Shown: positions 53,781 to 63,240, counted from the stretch's first letter. The stretch is DNA of 64,000 nucleotides from an uncultured Oscillospiraceae bacterium (GCA_964371725.1 CAYJNQ010000004.1:25695-89694); one strand, 5' to 3'. The notes: generated from the letters alone by a model not told the origin. Made by a program: numbers and translations.

Positions 53781-55007
53781 TCAAAAGATTTTTTTCATAT
53801 AGGTCCCAAGCAAAACCACCGCAAACAGCGAAAGTCCTGCAATCAACCATTCTAATCCCCTTCCATACTCAAAGGCAAAGCCATACAAAAGTTGTCCCAG
53901 TGGCTGTGCACACAGCGACAGTGTCAAGAGCACCGAAATCACTTTCCCTTGCATGGCTTTGTCTGTCTCATTTTGCACATAACTCATGATGCTGATGGAT
54001 AAAAATGAGGCGTTTGCCATCACAAAAAAGACGCTCGCCGTAATCAGGAAAAAACTGACAAGTGGCTTTTGTGCAAACTGCATGGACAACGCAAACGGGA
54101 TGAGCGCTGCGGCAAGTGCGAAAAACCATTTGTACAAGTTTTCTATTTTGACCTTGCTTGCCAGTGCCCCTGTTAACACGCCACCGAACAAGCCCCCAAG
54201 GGCAAACACCCCCTGTGAAACACCATAAAGTTCTGTGGACAAGCCCAGCCGCTCTGTAATTAAAACCGGCATTCCAATGATAAGCAGCGCGCTAACAAAG
54301 GCGTTTAGCGCGCAGGCCGCAAGAATCATTTTTGCAATTTTGGGCTTTTGATGAAAAATAAAAACCATACTTTCGCCAAATTCTTTTTTCACCGTGTGTA
54401 CAATACCCTGGCTTTTTTTCGCTTCTGCATGGGGTATTTGGATGAACATTTCCAATACCGAAGACAGAAAAAAACAAACAATAGCCAAAATCAAAATGGG
54501 TGTGATGCCAAAGCTGCCAAACAACATGCCGCCTATCATCGGGGATAGCAAATTCGATAAAGCATGGATGCTTGACACCACGCTGTTGCCTTTGAGCAAA
54601 ACTTCAGGGCCGAGCAATAAAGGGATGCTCGCGCTGACGGCAGGCTGATAAAGGCCGCTGATGCTGTATAAAACCATCAAAGTGGCAACTAGAAGTGGCA
54701 CAAGAGACAAATGGGGCAAGGATATGTAAAACCACAGTACGAGCATCGCCGTGAGGAAATCGAGCATCACCATGATGTTTCGTTTGTTCACCCTGTCTGC
54801 CACAATGCCACCCACCGGCATAAGCACCACAAGCGGCAAAAAGGACAGCGCGCTCACGGCTCCAAAAATCGCCGAGGAACCTGTGATTTCAAGCAGATAT
54901 AAAGGCAATGCAAAACGCAAAATCCCGTTTCCAAAAAGAGAGATGATTTGCCCAACAACAACCAACACAAAGTCTTTGCACAGTAGTTTTTGGCTCATGG
55001 CAGGCAC
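53781..55007 (-). CDS. MFS transporter (12 TM, drug/macrolide-efflux-like)
   Basis: 408 aa with an MFS-type DRVNKRNIM loop motif. It overlaps the upstream permease gene by 13 nt. Confidence 0.85.
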   Translation of the reverse strand: MPAMSQKLLCKDFVLVVVGQIISLFGNGILRFALPLYLLEITGSSAIFGAVSALSFLPLVVLMPVGGIVADRVNKRNIMVMLDFLTAMLVLWFYISLPHLSLVPLLVATLMVLYSISGLYQPAVSASIPLLLGPEVLLKGNSVVSSIHALSNLLSPMIGGMLFGSFGITPILILAIVCFFLSSVLEMFIQIPHAEAKKSQGIVHTVKKEFGESMVFIFHQKPKIAKMILAACALNAFVSALLIIGMPVLITERLGLSTELYGVSQGVFALGGLFGGVLTGALASKVKIENLYKWFFALAAALIPFALSMQFAQKPLVSFFLITASVFFVMANASFLSISIMSYVQNETDKAMQGKVISVLLTLSLCAQPLGQLLYGFAFEYGRGLEWLIAGLSLFAVVLLGTYMKKIF

Positions 55008-55711
55008 TCCATTTCGTTCACTTTTTTCATCAGGCCCGCAAACAAAACGGCAGAGATAAGCAAGAAAACAAGTGAAGCAATTGGAAACACCGCTGAAAAC
55101 CAGTCACTGAGTAGCATAACGGAATTGCCAAAGGGCGACACCAAAACGATGGTGGTAACGAGTGTCCAAATTAAAGATTTTTTCCAAAACCCCACACGCA
55201 AGGCAATGAAACAAATGAAGTTTGCCATAACAGAGATCAAAATGCTGAAAATAAGAATTTCCCAAAAAAGTGCTGTGCTAAGCGGTTCAGTCACAAGGCC
55301 CAGTGCATGACCAAGACCCATGGCGGCCGATATCGCAAGCGTATTGGAAAGCAGCATGGATACAAAAAGAAAGCAGGAAATGAGTAAACATTTTGAAAGC
55401 AAAATGCGGCTTCTCTTTTGTGGGTAAGTGAACAGCAACACATTTTTCTTGCCCGTGTATTCTTCCACCACCATTTTCGCATATAGAACCGAACCCAAAA
55501 TCGAAAAACAACTCATGGATAAAATCGACAAAATTGACACCAAGAAAGTAGGCTCTGCCAACATCTGCGCCGATTCATCGTTTGGCTCTAGCAGTGGAAG
55601 TGCCGCAAACAACAGGCCCATTGCAGCTGTAAATAAAAAAATAACGGCCACACCCAAAAGATATGGAAAAAGGTTGTTCTTTTTAAGCTCTAAGCGCACA
55701 AGTTTCAGCAT
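54995..55711 (-). CDS. ABC-2-type transporter permease (6 TM)
   Basis: MLKLVRLELKKNNLFPYLLG..., directly downstream of the ATPase gene. Confidence 0.75.
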   Translation of the reverse strand: MLKLVRLELKKNNLFPYLLGVAVIFLFTAAMGLLFAALPLLEPNDESAQMLAEPTFLVSILSILSMSCFSILGSVLYAKMVVEEYTGKKNVLLFTYPQKRSRILLSKCLLISCFLFVSMLLSNTLAISAAMGLGHALGLVTEPLSTALFWEILIFSILISVMANFICFIALRVGFWKKSLIWTLVTTIVLVSPFGNSVMLLSDWFSAVFPIASLVFLLISAVLFAGLMKKVNEMECLP

Positions 55712-55717
55712 TGGGGG

Positions 55718-56413
55718 TTACATCCTTTCAATTAAATAATTTTCAAGATTGTCTTTGTGGGTCTCTTGCAGTGTTTGGATGCTGCCAAGATTTTCTAAGT
55801 TCCCATTTGAAAGCACCACAAGGCGTTCACAGGTCAAGAGTACTTCGCTTAAAATATGGCTCGAGAGTAGGATGGTTGTGCCCTCTTTTTTGAGTTCAAG
55901 AAACAGTGCCCGTACCTCTTTGATGGCCGCCGGGTCCAGCCCGTTGATAGGCTCATCCAAAAGCAGCACTTTCGGCCTGTGGGAAATACACCTTGCAATG
56001 GCCAGTTTTTGCTTCATGCCCAGCGAAAATTTTGACACCGGATTGTTTACAGTGCCAAGGCCCACACGGGCAAGTATTTTTTCGATGTCGGCCTGTTTGC
56101 CCATATAGGCAAGGTGGATGGCCAAGTTTTCTCGAGCCGTCAAATGTGTATAAAACACCGGTGTTTCAATAAGCACCCCTAGCTCTGAAAGCACTCTGTC
56201 GTGCTTTTCCCTTGGGTTTTGTGAAAACACCGCAATGTCACCGTTTGTGGGTTCCAATAGGCCGCACAAAAGCTTCAAAAGTGTGGTTTTGCCTGCGCCG
56301 TTGGCTCCAAGCAGGCCCATCACCTCCCCACTTTTCACCCCCAAGTTCACATGGTTTAGAATGGATTTTTCTCCATAGTTTTTGCAAAGGCTCTTTGTTT
56401 CAATGCAGTTCAT
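55718..56413 (-). CDS. ABC transporter ATP-binding protein
   Basis: GANGAGKTT, LSLGMKQKLAIA and LLLDEP motifs. Confidence 0.9.
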   Translation of the reverse strand: MNCIETKSLCKNYGEKSILNHVNLGVKSGEVMGLLGANGAGKTTLLKLLCGLLEPTNGDIAVFSQNPREKHDRVLSELGVLIETPVFYTHLTARENLAIHLAYMGKQADIEKILARVGLGTVNNPVSKFSLGMKQKLAIARCISHRPKVLLLDEPINGLDPAAIKEVRALFLELKKEGTTILLSSHILSEVLLTCERLVVLSNGNLENLGSIQTLQETHKDNLENYLIERM

Positions 56414-56434
56414 ATTTTCTCCTTTTCAAGTTTA

Positions 56435-56451
56435 ATACCAACGGTTGGTAT
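56435..56451. promoter_or_regulatory. 17-bp palindrome ATACCAAC-G-GTTGGTAT (operator candidate for the adjacent TetR regulator)
   Basis: Read directly, 22 nt upstream of the ABC ATPase start codon. Confidence 0.4.
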
Positions 56452-56461
56452 GTATTCTGCT

Positions 56462-56490
56462 AAAAAACAACTGCTCTTGCCAGAGCAGTT
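56462..56490 (-). terminator. intrinsic terminator after the TetR gene
   Basis: Minus strand: AACTGCTCT-ggca-AGAGCAGTT followed by GTTTTTT. Confidence 0.6.
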
Positions 56491-56519
56491 CAGCATTTCA
56501 AAAAAAGTACAGGCCGTTC

Positions 56520-57200
56520 TCACTTTGATAGTTTACCGATCTCCAAAATGGTGTCTTCATCAATGAGAACAAAACCATAGGATGCCACAAATTCGTTCAA
56601 AACCTTGCATTTATCCGGCATTCTTTTTGCATCCGTGCCAAGAATGGTAGGGTTCAACCACACGTTGACAAGCAAGGTAATGGCCTCTGCAAGTTCATAG
56701 GGTTTATCGGTTTTGATAGAACCGTCACGTGCACCGATTTCCACAATGGGAGCGATGAATTCAGGCGTTACCACATCTTGCACCTGCCTGATTTGCGTTG
56801 CCAAAAACCTCGGGTTGTCCAGAAGGTTTGGCACGATGCCAATGAGCTCTTTGGTGGTAAGGCTGAAAATATGCCGACGCAAAATCTCCCGAAGCTTTTC
56901 GGCCCCATTTAAACCGGCATTGCCCATTACACTTTTAAAAATATCTGTGTTGGCCTGCCCCATCTTGGTTGCCACCGCATCAAAAATATCTTCCTTCGAT
57001 TTGAAATGATGGTAAATGGCCCCCTTGGTCAAACCCCCAAGCTCATTTAAAATGTCTTGCAAGCTTGTGTTTTCGTAGCCTTTTTCAAGAAAAAGCCGTG
57101 TGGAAACACCGAGAATTCGCTCCACGGTTTGCTCCGGATATTTGTTTCTGGCCACGTGTATCGCCCCCTGCATACCTTTGGTATGTTTTGATGATATCAT
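56520..57200 (-). CDS. TetR/AcrR-family transcriptional regulator
   Basis: TVERILGVSTRLFLEKGYENTSLQDILNELGGLTKGAIYHHFKSKEDIF. The true start may be GTG 57155 (GGGGG SD 8 nt upstream) or ATG 57173. Confidence 0.85.
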   Translation of the reverse strand: MISSKHTKGMQGAIHVARNKYPEQTVERILGVSTRLFLEKGYENTSLQDILNELGGLTKGAIYHHFKSKEDIFDAVATKMGQANTDIFKSVMGNAGLNGAEKLREILRRHIFSLTTKELIGIVPNLLDNPRFLATQIRQVQDVVTPEFIAPIVEIGARDGSIKTDKPYELAEAITLLVNVWLNPTILGTDAKRMPDKCKVLNEFVASYGFVLIDEDTILEIGKLSK

Positions 57201-57346
57201 ACTCTCGGTATGTTTGTCAAGACAATCTGAGCAAGCCTATCCGCGCAAAAGAAAGCCGATCGCTCGCCCACTGCCATTGAGTTTTGGAAAAGCATCGCAT
57301 TTTTATGTTATATAACAGTTTGGACGATTTGGATATAAACCGCCTT

Positions 57347-57697
57347 CTATCCCAGTGCATACAGTACAATACCACCTACAATCATCAAAAGTGCCACTAC
57401 TTTCTTGCCCGTAAGCTTTTCTCCAAAAATACGCACACCAAAAAAGGTAACATAGAAGTAGGCCGTTGTCTCCAATACCGGCCCGAGAGACAGAGGGATG
57501 CCACGGTAGGCCACCAAGGTGAGCAACGTGGTGCCAAAAAACAGCGCATAGGCCACCATAACGCGCGGGTTTAGATACTCTTTGAGCACACTATCGTAAT
57601 GTTGCATGGCTGCCTTTTTAAGCAACACTTGGCTTACAGACGCCACAAACACGGATAGCAAAATCACAAGAATGTAGGGCAACATATCAGTTTGCAT
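57347..57697 (-). CDS. EamA-type half-size transporter (4 TM; ArnE/ArnF-like)
   Basis: 116 aa from ATG 57697, overlapping the upstream paralogue's stop by 11 nt. Confidence 0.7.
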   Translation of the reverse strand: MQTDMLPYILVILLSVFVASVSQVLLKKAAMQHYDSVLKEYLNPRVMVAYALFFGTTLLTLVAYRGIPLSLGPVLETTAYFYVTFFGVRIFGEKLTGKKVVALLMIVGGIVLYALG

Positions 57698-58055
57698 CTT
57701 TTGTCTCCTCCCCCTGTGCAAAAGCAAATAGCAAAACACCACACACAATCACGGCGGCCGCCATCACCTTTTGCAGGCTGATACTCTCGGAAAAGAACAA
57801 AAGCCCCCACACCATGCCCCACACCACGGCCACGGCACGGTTTGCATAGGCCGCGCCCAAAGGAAGACGCTTGATGATTTGTTGCCAACCAAGGGCGTAT
57901 ATCCCCAAAATGCCCACCGAGGCCCCATAGTAGAGAATAAAAGGTAGACTTAGAAAGTCTTGCGTGGCCGCAAGTTTGCTGAACACCGGCGAAAAACTAA
58001 ACAACAGCAAAAGCAGATGCAGCAAAACATAGATTTTTATGTTTTTCAAAAACAA
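57687..58055 (-). CDS. EamA-type half-size transporter (4 TM; ArnE/ArnF-like)
   Basis: 122 aa and hydrophobic, paired with the downstream paralogue. Confidence 0.7.
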   Translation of the reverse strand: MFLKNIKIYVLLHLLLLLFSFSPVFSKLAATQDFLSLPFILYYGASVGILGIYALGWQQIIKRLPLGAAYANRAVAVVWGMVWGLLFFSESISLQKVMAAAVIVCGVLLFAFAQGEETKDAN

Positions 58056-58118
58056 CTCCTTCTTTTACGGTTAAGATGCGTGAAGAGATTTAAACATTCC
58101 CCTTTTTCCAAAACACGA

Positions 58119-59669
58119 TTATTTGTGTTTTTTCCTCAAAAGCGTCCTCTTGGGTTTTCTGTCCAGCATACTTGCCACCAATACAGCTCCGCTTAAAATA
58201 AACATTGGGTAGTAGTGCAGCAAATAACGCGTTCCGGCTTCCCACAAAAGCAAAAACATGAAAATACCAAACGAAGCAATTTGCATTGGCAAAAATTGTT
58301 GCTCTCCATAATACAAGCTCAGGGCAAAACCCAGCACAAGCAAAAACATCACGGCCACATGATAGCCTTGAATGACGTTGTCGTACACCTCGTTATAAGC
58401 CCCTGCCGGATTCAGAATGTCTATCATGAAGTTTTGTGTCATCGGCGCACCGGACACTGTGCTCGGATAGTCAAGATTGCCACTGCCAAAACTGCGCACG
58501 GCCTTTTGGCTTAAAAAAGAAAGGTGTTCAAGAGCATTTCGTTCCTCTAAACGTTCTTGCAACAAATCCAGTGCCGCTTGCTTTTTCTCCTCTTGCGTTT
58601 CAAAACTCCAAATATACTCGTTTTCCGCCGCACTGTGTGCCCCATCCCCTTGCATTCCCATGGCAATCCAAGCCGTGAATGGTGTGGCCCTGTCTGCGGC
58701 TATGCTTTCGTCCAAAATATTTTCGTACACAAAAGCTTGTGTGCCGGCATTGAGCAGTAAAAAACAAAAAGCAAAACCCAGCACACACGCCAAAGCCTGT
58801 TTGAATGCCCCATTCAGCAAAAACACGAGCAGCACCGCGATAAACGCAATGACTACAGAATATTTTATCCAGCTACCAACTGCTGCCAGCAACGAGAGCA
58901 GGGCAAGGGATACCATCTGCTTTTTTCGGTTTCCGCTTTGCAAGGCAACTAAAGAAAAATACACCACGGCCAAGGGGTACAGCATTGTCGTGGTATCTGT
59001 ATAAAAAATGGAAATGTAGGTTTGCAAGGGCAAACACAGATAGAGCGCAAGTAGAGAAAAAAAACCAATTTGCCTGCCCGCCAGTTTTGCCGCAATGAGA
59101 TAGACAAACACATAGGCTAGCTGCACACAGATGCCATTGAAAACGGCACCCACGATAAAAAAATCCGTGATGCCAAAACGGTAGCACAGCCGAAACAGAA
59201 ACTGCAACAAAACGGTAATAGACAAGTTGTTGGGAAACTTATAGAAATAATCGAGGTAGGGGTCTAAAATTTCGCCGGCGATGGTGTAATTGTAGGCACC
59301 CGTGAATACGCGCTCGAAGTCTTGCGTGGGGTAGCTTGCACAAAGCACATAAAAGAGCACTTGAGTAAGTGACAAAAAACAAAAAAAGAAAAATAGGGCT
59401 TTTTTATGATTTTGCAACAACCATTGCTTGTACTTTTGGCACAGCCGAAACAGGGCAAAAAGAATGCCCAGCCACGCAAAAGCGAGGGGCAACACCACAT
59501 ACCATGCATAGCTAAAATAGCGGTTTTGAAACACAACGCAAATCAACAACCCGCCAAACAAGATCCATGAAACCACAAAGAAACCGTAAATCAAACCTTT
59601 TTTCAGCACCGAGACTTCCTTTTCTTTCGAATATTTTATTTCATACATTCTATCATATCGGAAGTTCAC
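58119..59669 (-). CDS. GT-C fold membrane glycosyltransferase (ArnT/PMT/family-39-like)
   Basis: 516 aa with more than 10 TM and an extracytoplasmic loop region. The assignment rests on architecture and neighbourhood, not on a strict motif. Confidence 0.65.
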   Translation of the reverse strand: MNFRYDRMYEIKYSKEKEVSVLKKGLIYGFFVVSWILFGGLLICVVFQNRYFSYAWYVVLPLAFAWLGILFALFRLCQKYKQWLLQNHKKALFFFFCFLSLTQVLFYVLCASYPTQDFERVFTGAYNYTIAGEILDPYLDYFYKFPNNLSITVLLQFLFRLCYRFGITDFFIVGAVFNGICVQLAYVFVYLIAAKLAGRQIGFFSLLALYLCLPLQTYISIFYTDTTTMLYPLAVVYFSLVALQSGNRKKQMVSLALLSLLAAVGSWIKYSVVIAFIAVLLVFLLNGAFKQALACVLGFAFCFLLLNAGTQAFVYENILDESIAADRATPFTAWIAMGMQGDGAHSAAENEYIWSFETQEEKKQAALDLLQERLEERNALEHLSFLSQKAVRSFGSGNLDYPSTVSGAPMTQNFMIDILNPAGAYNEVYDNVIQGYHVAVMFLLVLGFALSLYYGEQQFLPMQIASFGIFMFLLLWEAGTRYLLHYYPMFILSGAVLVASMLDRKPKRTLLRKKHK

Positions 59670-59795
59670 ACCGGGGTCAATACAACAGGAAATCGTTTTT
59701 CTTCACGTCATCGCTTGACAAATAGAGTGGATGGCGCTATACTTTCATAAATCAAAACTTTTTGATGTATGTGGGGTGAGAAGGAGTGTTTTTCT

Positions 59796-60323
59796 ATGGG
59801 CAGAAAAAAAATCGTGAGATTTCTGGTGCCGGCCATCATGGTGATTATTGTTATCTCCATGTATTTTTTGCAAATCGCAGCCGACAGTTCCAATGTGAGT
59901 GAGCAAGACAGTGCTTCGCCCACCTCGCTACACGCGCCCAGTATCAATTTACAGGCTTTGAAAAGCCACAACATGCCCATGATTTTGGATTTTGGTGCCA
60001 CAGAATGCGAGCCCTGCAAGGCCATGGCGCCGGTTTTGGAAACACTCAACGAAGAAATGCAAAACAGAGCCATCATCAAGTTTGTAGATGTGTGGGAATT
60101 TCCACAGGGCAGTCAAGGCTTCCCCATTGTCACCATTCCCACACAGGTATTCATCGAAGCGGACGGCTCCCCCTATATTCCCAGTGCCGATTTGGGTGAT
60201 TTAGGCATTGAATTCATCATTTACCCGGACGAAGAAACGCAAGAGCCTGCATTCACGGTGCATCAAGGGGCCTTAACCGAGGATCAAATGAGAGCCATTT
60301 TAAAAGATATGGGGATAGAGTAA
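59796..60323 (+). CDS. membrane-anchored thioredoxin-like thiol:disulfide oxidoreductase (CEPC active site)
   Basis: A GAGAAGGAG SD precedes ATG 59796. There is an N-terminal TM anchor and the segment ILDFGATECEPCKAMAP. Confidence 0.8.
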   Translation: MGRKKIVRFLVPAIMVIIVISMYFLQIAADSSNVSEQDSASPTSLHAPSINLQALKSHNMPMILDFGATECEPCKAMAPVLETLNEEMQNRAIIKFVDVWEFPQGSQGFPIVTIPTQVFIEADGSPYIPSADLGDLGIEFIIYPDEETQEPAFTVHQGALTEDQMRAILKDMGIE

Positions 60324-60325
60324 AA

Positions 60326-61015
60326 ATGGATACCTTTTTGATAGCGCTTTCCTATCAAATCATGGAAAATGCTTGGCTTGCGCCTCTTTTGGCATTATTC
60401 GCCGGGGTATTGACCTCGTTCACACCCTGTGCATTGTCCAGTGTTCCCCTGGTGATTGGCTATGTGGGTGGCAGTGGAGAAAAAAACAGTAAGCGTGCTT
60501 TTTTTCTTTCTCTTACCTTTGCGCTCGGTTCTGCTGTCACATTCACTGCTTTGGGTGTGGCTGCATCGGCGGCAGGCCGGATGCTGGGGGCCCAGAATAG
60601 CTGGTGGTATATGATTTTGGGCGCTTTGATGCTTTTAATGGCCCTACAAATTTGGGGGATTTTTGAATTCATTCCCTCCAGTTACCTCATTTCCAAAAAC
60701 AAGAAAAAAGGCTATCTTGGCGCACTCCTTGCCGGTATTTTGGGTGGTATTTTCTCTTCGCCGTGTTCAACACCTGTGCTCATTGCACTTTTGGCAATTG
60801 TTGCCGGCCGTGGCAGCACCGCCTTTGGCGTGATGCTTTTGTTCCTATATTCTGTTGGCCATGGCATTTTGGCCGTTGTTTGCGGCACCTCTGTGGGGTT
60901 TATTCAAAAATTAACCCAAAGCAAGCGCTATGGAAAATGGAGCCGTGTTTTAAGCATTGCACTGGGTGCTCTGATGTGCCTCATCGGGTTTTACCTGTTT
61001 TATTTGGCGTTTTAA
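60326..61015 (+). CDS. ccdA: cytochrome c biogenesis protein CcdA / DsbD-family transmembrane electron transporter
   Basis: Two conserved membrane Cys motifs: SFTPCALSSVP and FSSPCSTPVL. Confidence 0.85.
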   Translation: MDTFLIALSYQIMENAWLAPLLALFAGVLTSFTPCALSSVPLVIGYVGGSGEKNSKRAFFLSLTFALGSAVTFTALGVAASAAGRMLGAQNSWWYMILGALMLLMALQIWGIFEFIPSSYLISKNKKKGYLGALLAGILGGIFSSPCSTPVLIALLAIVAGRGSTAFGVMLLFLYSVGHGILAVVCGTSVGFIQKLTQSKRYGKWSRVLSIALGALMCLIGFYLFYLAF

Positions 61016-61126
61016 ACTGCTATTCAAATTCCGCCCTGCCTGCCAAACCCTTTGGCCTACTGTGGGAGGGCCTTTGGAATTTGAACATTCCCTCTACTAA
61101 AAATTGCTCGAATGCATCATGATTGT

Positions 61127-61173
61127 AAAAAGCGTGAGCCGACAGAAAAACTTCTGCCGGCTCACGCTTTTTA
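61127..61173. terminator. bidirectional intrinsic terminator between ccdA and cysS
   Basis: AAAAAGCGTGAGCCG-17 nt-CGGCTCACGCTTTTT has an 11-bp stem, with an A-tract 5' and a T-tract 3'. Confidence 0.7.
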
Positions 61174-61293
61174 CAATGGACTGTGTTTTTCAAAACCTTA
61201 CGGAAGGCGTTTTTTAGGGATGATTTCTACATTTTTCTGTTTTGAACTGTCTGGTGTTTCGCTTATACACCCCTCATCACGCACCGGTTTACA

Positions 61294-62700
61294 CTATGAT
61301 TTTGGGCTCAATTTCGGCCCTGCCGGTGTATCTTCCACCGTATAACCCAGGGCGTCTATCTTTTCGCGCAATTCGTCTGCCAAGGGCCAGTTTTTCTCTT
61401 TCCTCGCCCGCACACGTTCTTCGGCCAAGTGCATCACCTCGCCGGGCACCTGCTCTTCCTCGCGCTTGCAAAGCAAACCAAGCACCCCACACAACGTGTC
61501 AAAGATTTTGGCCACTTTTTCAAGGCTTTCTCTATTTGTTTTGGCGGCCTTTGTGTTGATGTCGCGCACGAAATCGAACAACACAGCCAATGCATCCGCC
61601 GTGTTTAAATCATCGTCCATCTTTTCGCAAAAACGTGTTTCATACATTTTTGCATCTTCCCAAAGGGCCTCGTCCCCTTCGACATGCGCGGTTTTTAGAA
61701 CAAAGGCCAGATTTTCACGGCAGGTGTGCAACCTTTCCAAGCTGGCTTTACACTGACGCAAAATGTCCAGGGTGAAGTTGACCGGGCTGCGATAATGGGC
61801 GCTGAGCATAAAATAGCGAATGGGTTCGTACCCCATTTCCTGCGCCACCTGCCGCACGGTAAAAAAGTTGCCAAGCGACTTGCTCATCTTACGATCGTCG
61901 ATGTTTAAAAACCCGTTGTGCATCCAATAGCGCGCAAAGGTTTGCCCGTTGGCGCACTCACTTTGTGCAATCTCATTCTCATGATGCGGAAAAACAAGGT
62001 CTTGCCCACCGGCATGAATGTCGAAGGTGTCCCCAAGGTGTTTTTTAGCCATAGCACTGCATTCGATGTGCCAGCCCGGGCGCCCTTGCCCCCAAGGGGA
62101 ATCCCATGCGGGCTCGCCGGGCTTTGCCGCCTTCCACACCGCAAAATCCGCCTCGTCTTCTTTGAGGCTCCCCTCCATATCGGCGCGCAAATCGCGGCTA
62201 TTTTCCAGTTCATCCAATACTTTGTGGGATAATTTTCCATATCCCTCAAATTTTCTTGCACGAAAGTACACATCCTTGTTTTCGGCCACATAGCCATAGC
62301 CGTGCTCAATGATATCCTCAATCAACTCGATGATTTCCGCCATATGCTCGGTTGCCCTTGGCATCACTGTGGGGCGCATCACCTGCAATCCATCGGCATC
62401 GTGTAAAAATTCACCCTCAAACTCCTCGGCCACCTGCCCCACAGCCACGCCCAACTCGTTCGCTTTTGTGATGAGTTTGTCATCGATATCTGTGACATTG
62501 CTCACAAACAGCACTTTGTAGCCGCGATAGAGTAGATAACGCCGCATCGTATCGAATACACAAAGTGGTCTTGCGTTGCCCACATGAATGAAATTGTATA
62601 CCGTTGGCCCACACACATAGATGCGCACTTCGCCCTCATGCAAGGGAACCAGTTCTTCCTTTTTTCGATTCATCGTGTTGTATATTTGCATCGTTGCCAT
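61294..62700 (-). CDS. cysS: cysteine--tRNA ligase
   Basis: GPTVYNFIHVGNARP (HIGH region), KMSKSLGNF and a zinc-site region HIECSAM. Confidence 0.95.
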   Translation of the reverse strand: MATMQIYNTMNRKKEELVPLHEGEVRIYVCGPTVYNFIHVGNARPLCVFDTMRRYLLYRGYKVLFVSNVTDIDDKLITKANELGVAVGQVAEEFEGEFLHDADGLQVMRPTVMPRATEHMAEIIELIEDIIEHGYGYVAENKDVYFRARKFEGYGKLSHKVLDELENSRDLRADMEGSLKEDEADFAVWKAAKPGEPAWDSPWGQGRPGWHIECSAMAKKHLGDTFDIHAGGQDLVFPHHENEIAQSECANGQTFARYWMHNGFLNIDDRKMSKSLGNFFTVRQVAQEMGYEPIRYFMLSAHYRSPVNFTLDILRQCKASLERLHTCRENLAFVLKTAHVEGDEALWEDAKMYETRFCEKMDDDLNTADALAVLFDFVRDINTKAAKTNRESLEKVAKIFDTLCGVLGLLCKREEEQVPGEVMHLAEERVRARKEKNWPLADELREKIDALGYTVEDTPAGPKLSPKS

Positions 62701-62733
62701 CCTTTTTTATGGTTTTTTCATGTCCTATACTTG

Positions 62734-63240
62734 TCATGCCTTGTATTTCAATTCACAGTCTTCGGGCACGTCCCCTTCCCCGTTGTACTTTGCCGCCGGC
62801 ACCCAGCGAAGCAGCGGAAGATGTGCCAGCTTTTTCCATTGCCATATTTTCCATCGATAGGCCTGTATGGCACTGTAAATAGCCACGGCCAGCACAGCCA
62901 AACTTGGCAAAGCAAAAAGCAGGGAAAACAAACCGGTTACGCCAACCCCCACTGAAAACAGGGAAGCAATGCTGCCAATTGCCAAGCCAAATGCCACACT
63001 GATCGCTTGTACCAAAAACAAAAACAAACTTTGCACACACCAAAGCAACAAGCCAAATAAGGCGCTTTGCTTTACAAGCCCACTGTTCTTTTCAAAATAC
63101 AACACAAGCAGCAAAAGGGCAAGGCCCCAAATGTCCAAAAACGGTGCAAGCAGCAAAAGAACCATGGAAACCAAATTGGCCGCTATAGAGAAAAAACCTG
63201 AACAATGCGGTTTGTATTGTTTTAAATATTTATCAAACAT
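62734..63240 (-). CDS. hypothetical membrane protein (4 TM)
   Basis: 168-aa hydrophobic ORF between pgsA and cysS. Confidence 0.55.
   Translation of the reverse strand: MFDKYLKQYKPHCSGFFSIAANLVSMVLLLLAPFLDIWGLALLLLVLYFEKNSGLVKQSALFGLLLWCVQSLFLFLVQAISVAFGLAIGSIASLFSVGVGVTGLFSLLFALPSLAVLAVAIYSAIQAYRWKIWQWKKLAHLPLLRWVPAAKYNGEGDVPEDCELKYKA

Noticed and set aside
61016-61293. ORFs 61112..61345, 61242..61559 and 60763..61122 in and around the ccdA-cysS intergenic region.
   Set aside because: They span the bidirectional terminator hairpin or run antisense to cysS. They have no SD and a low-complexity composition.
62701-62733. Expected T-box leader upstream of cysS.
   Set aside because: The intergenic space is only 33 nt and contains no T-box sequence or terminator.
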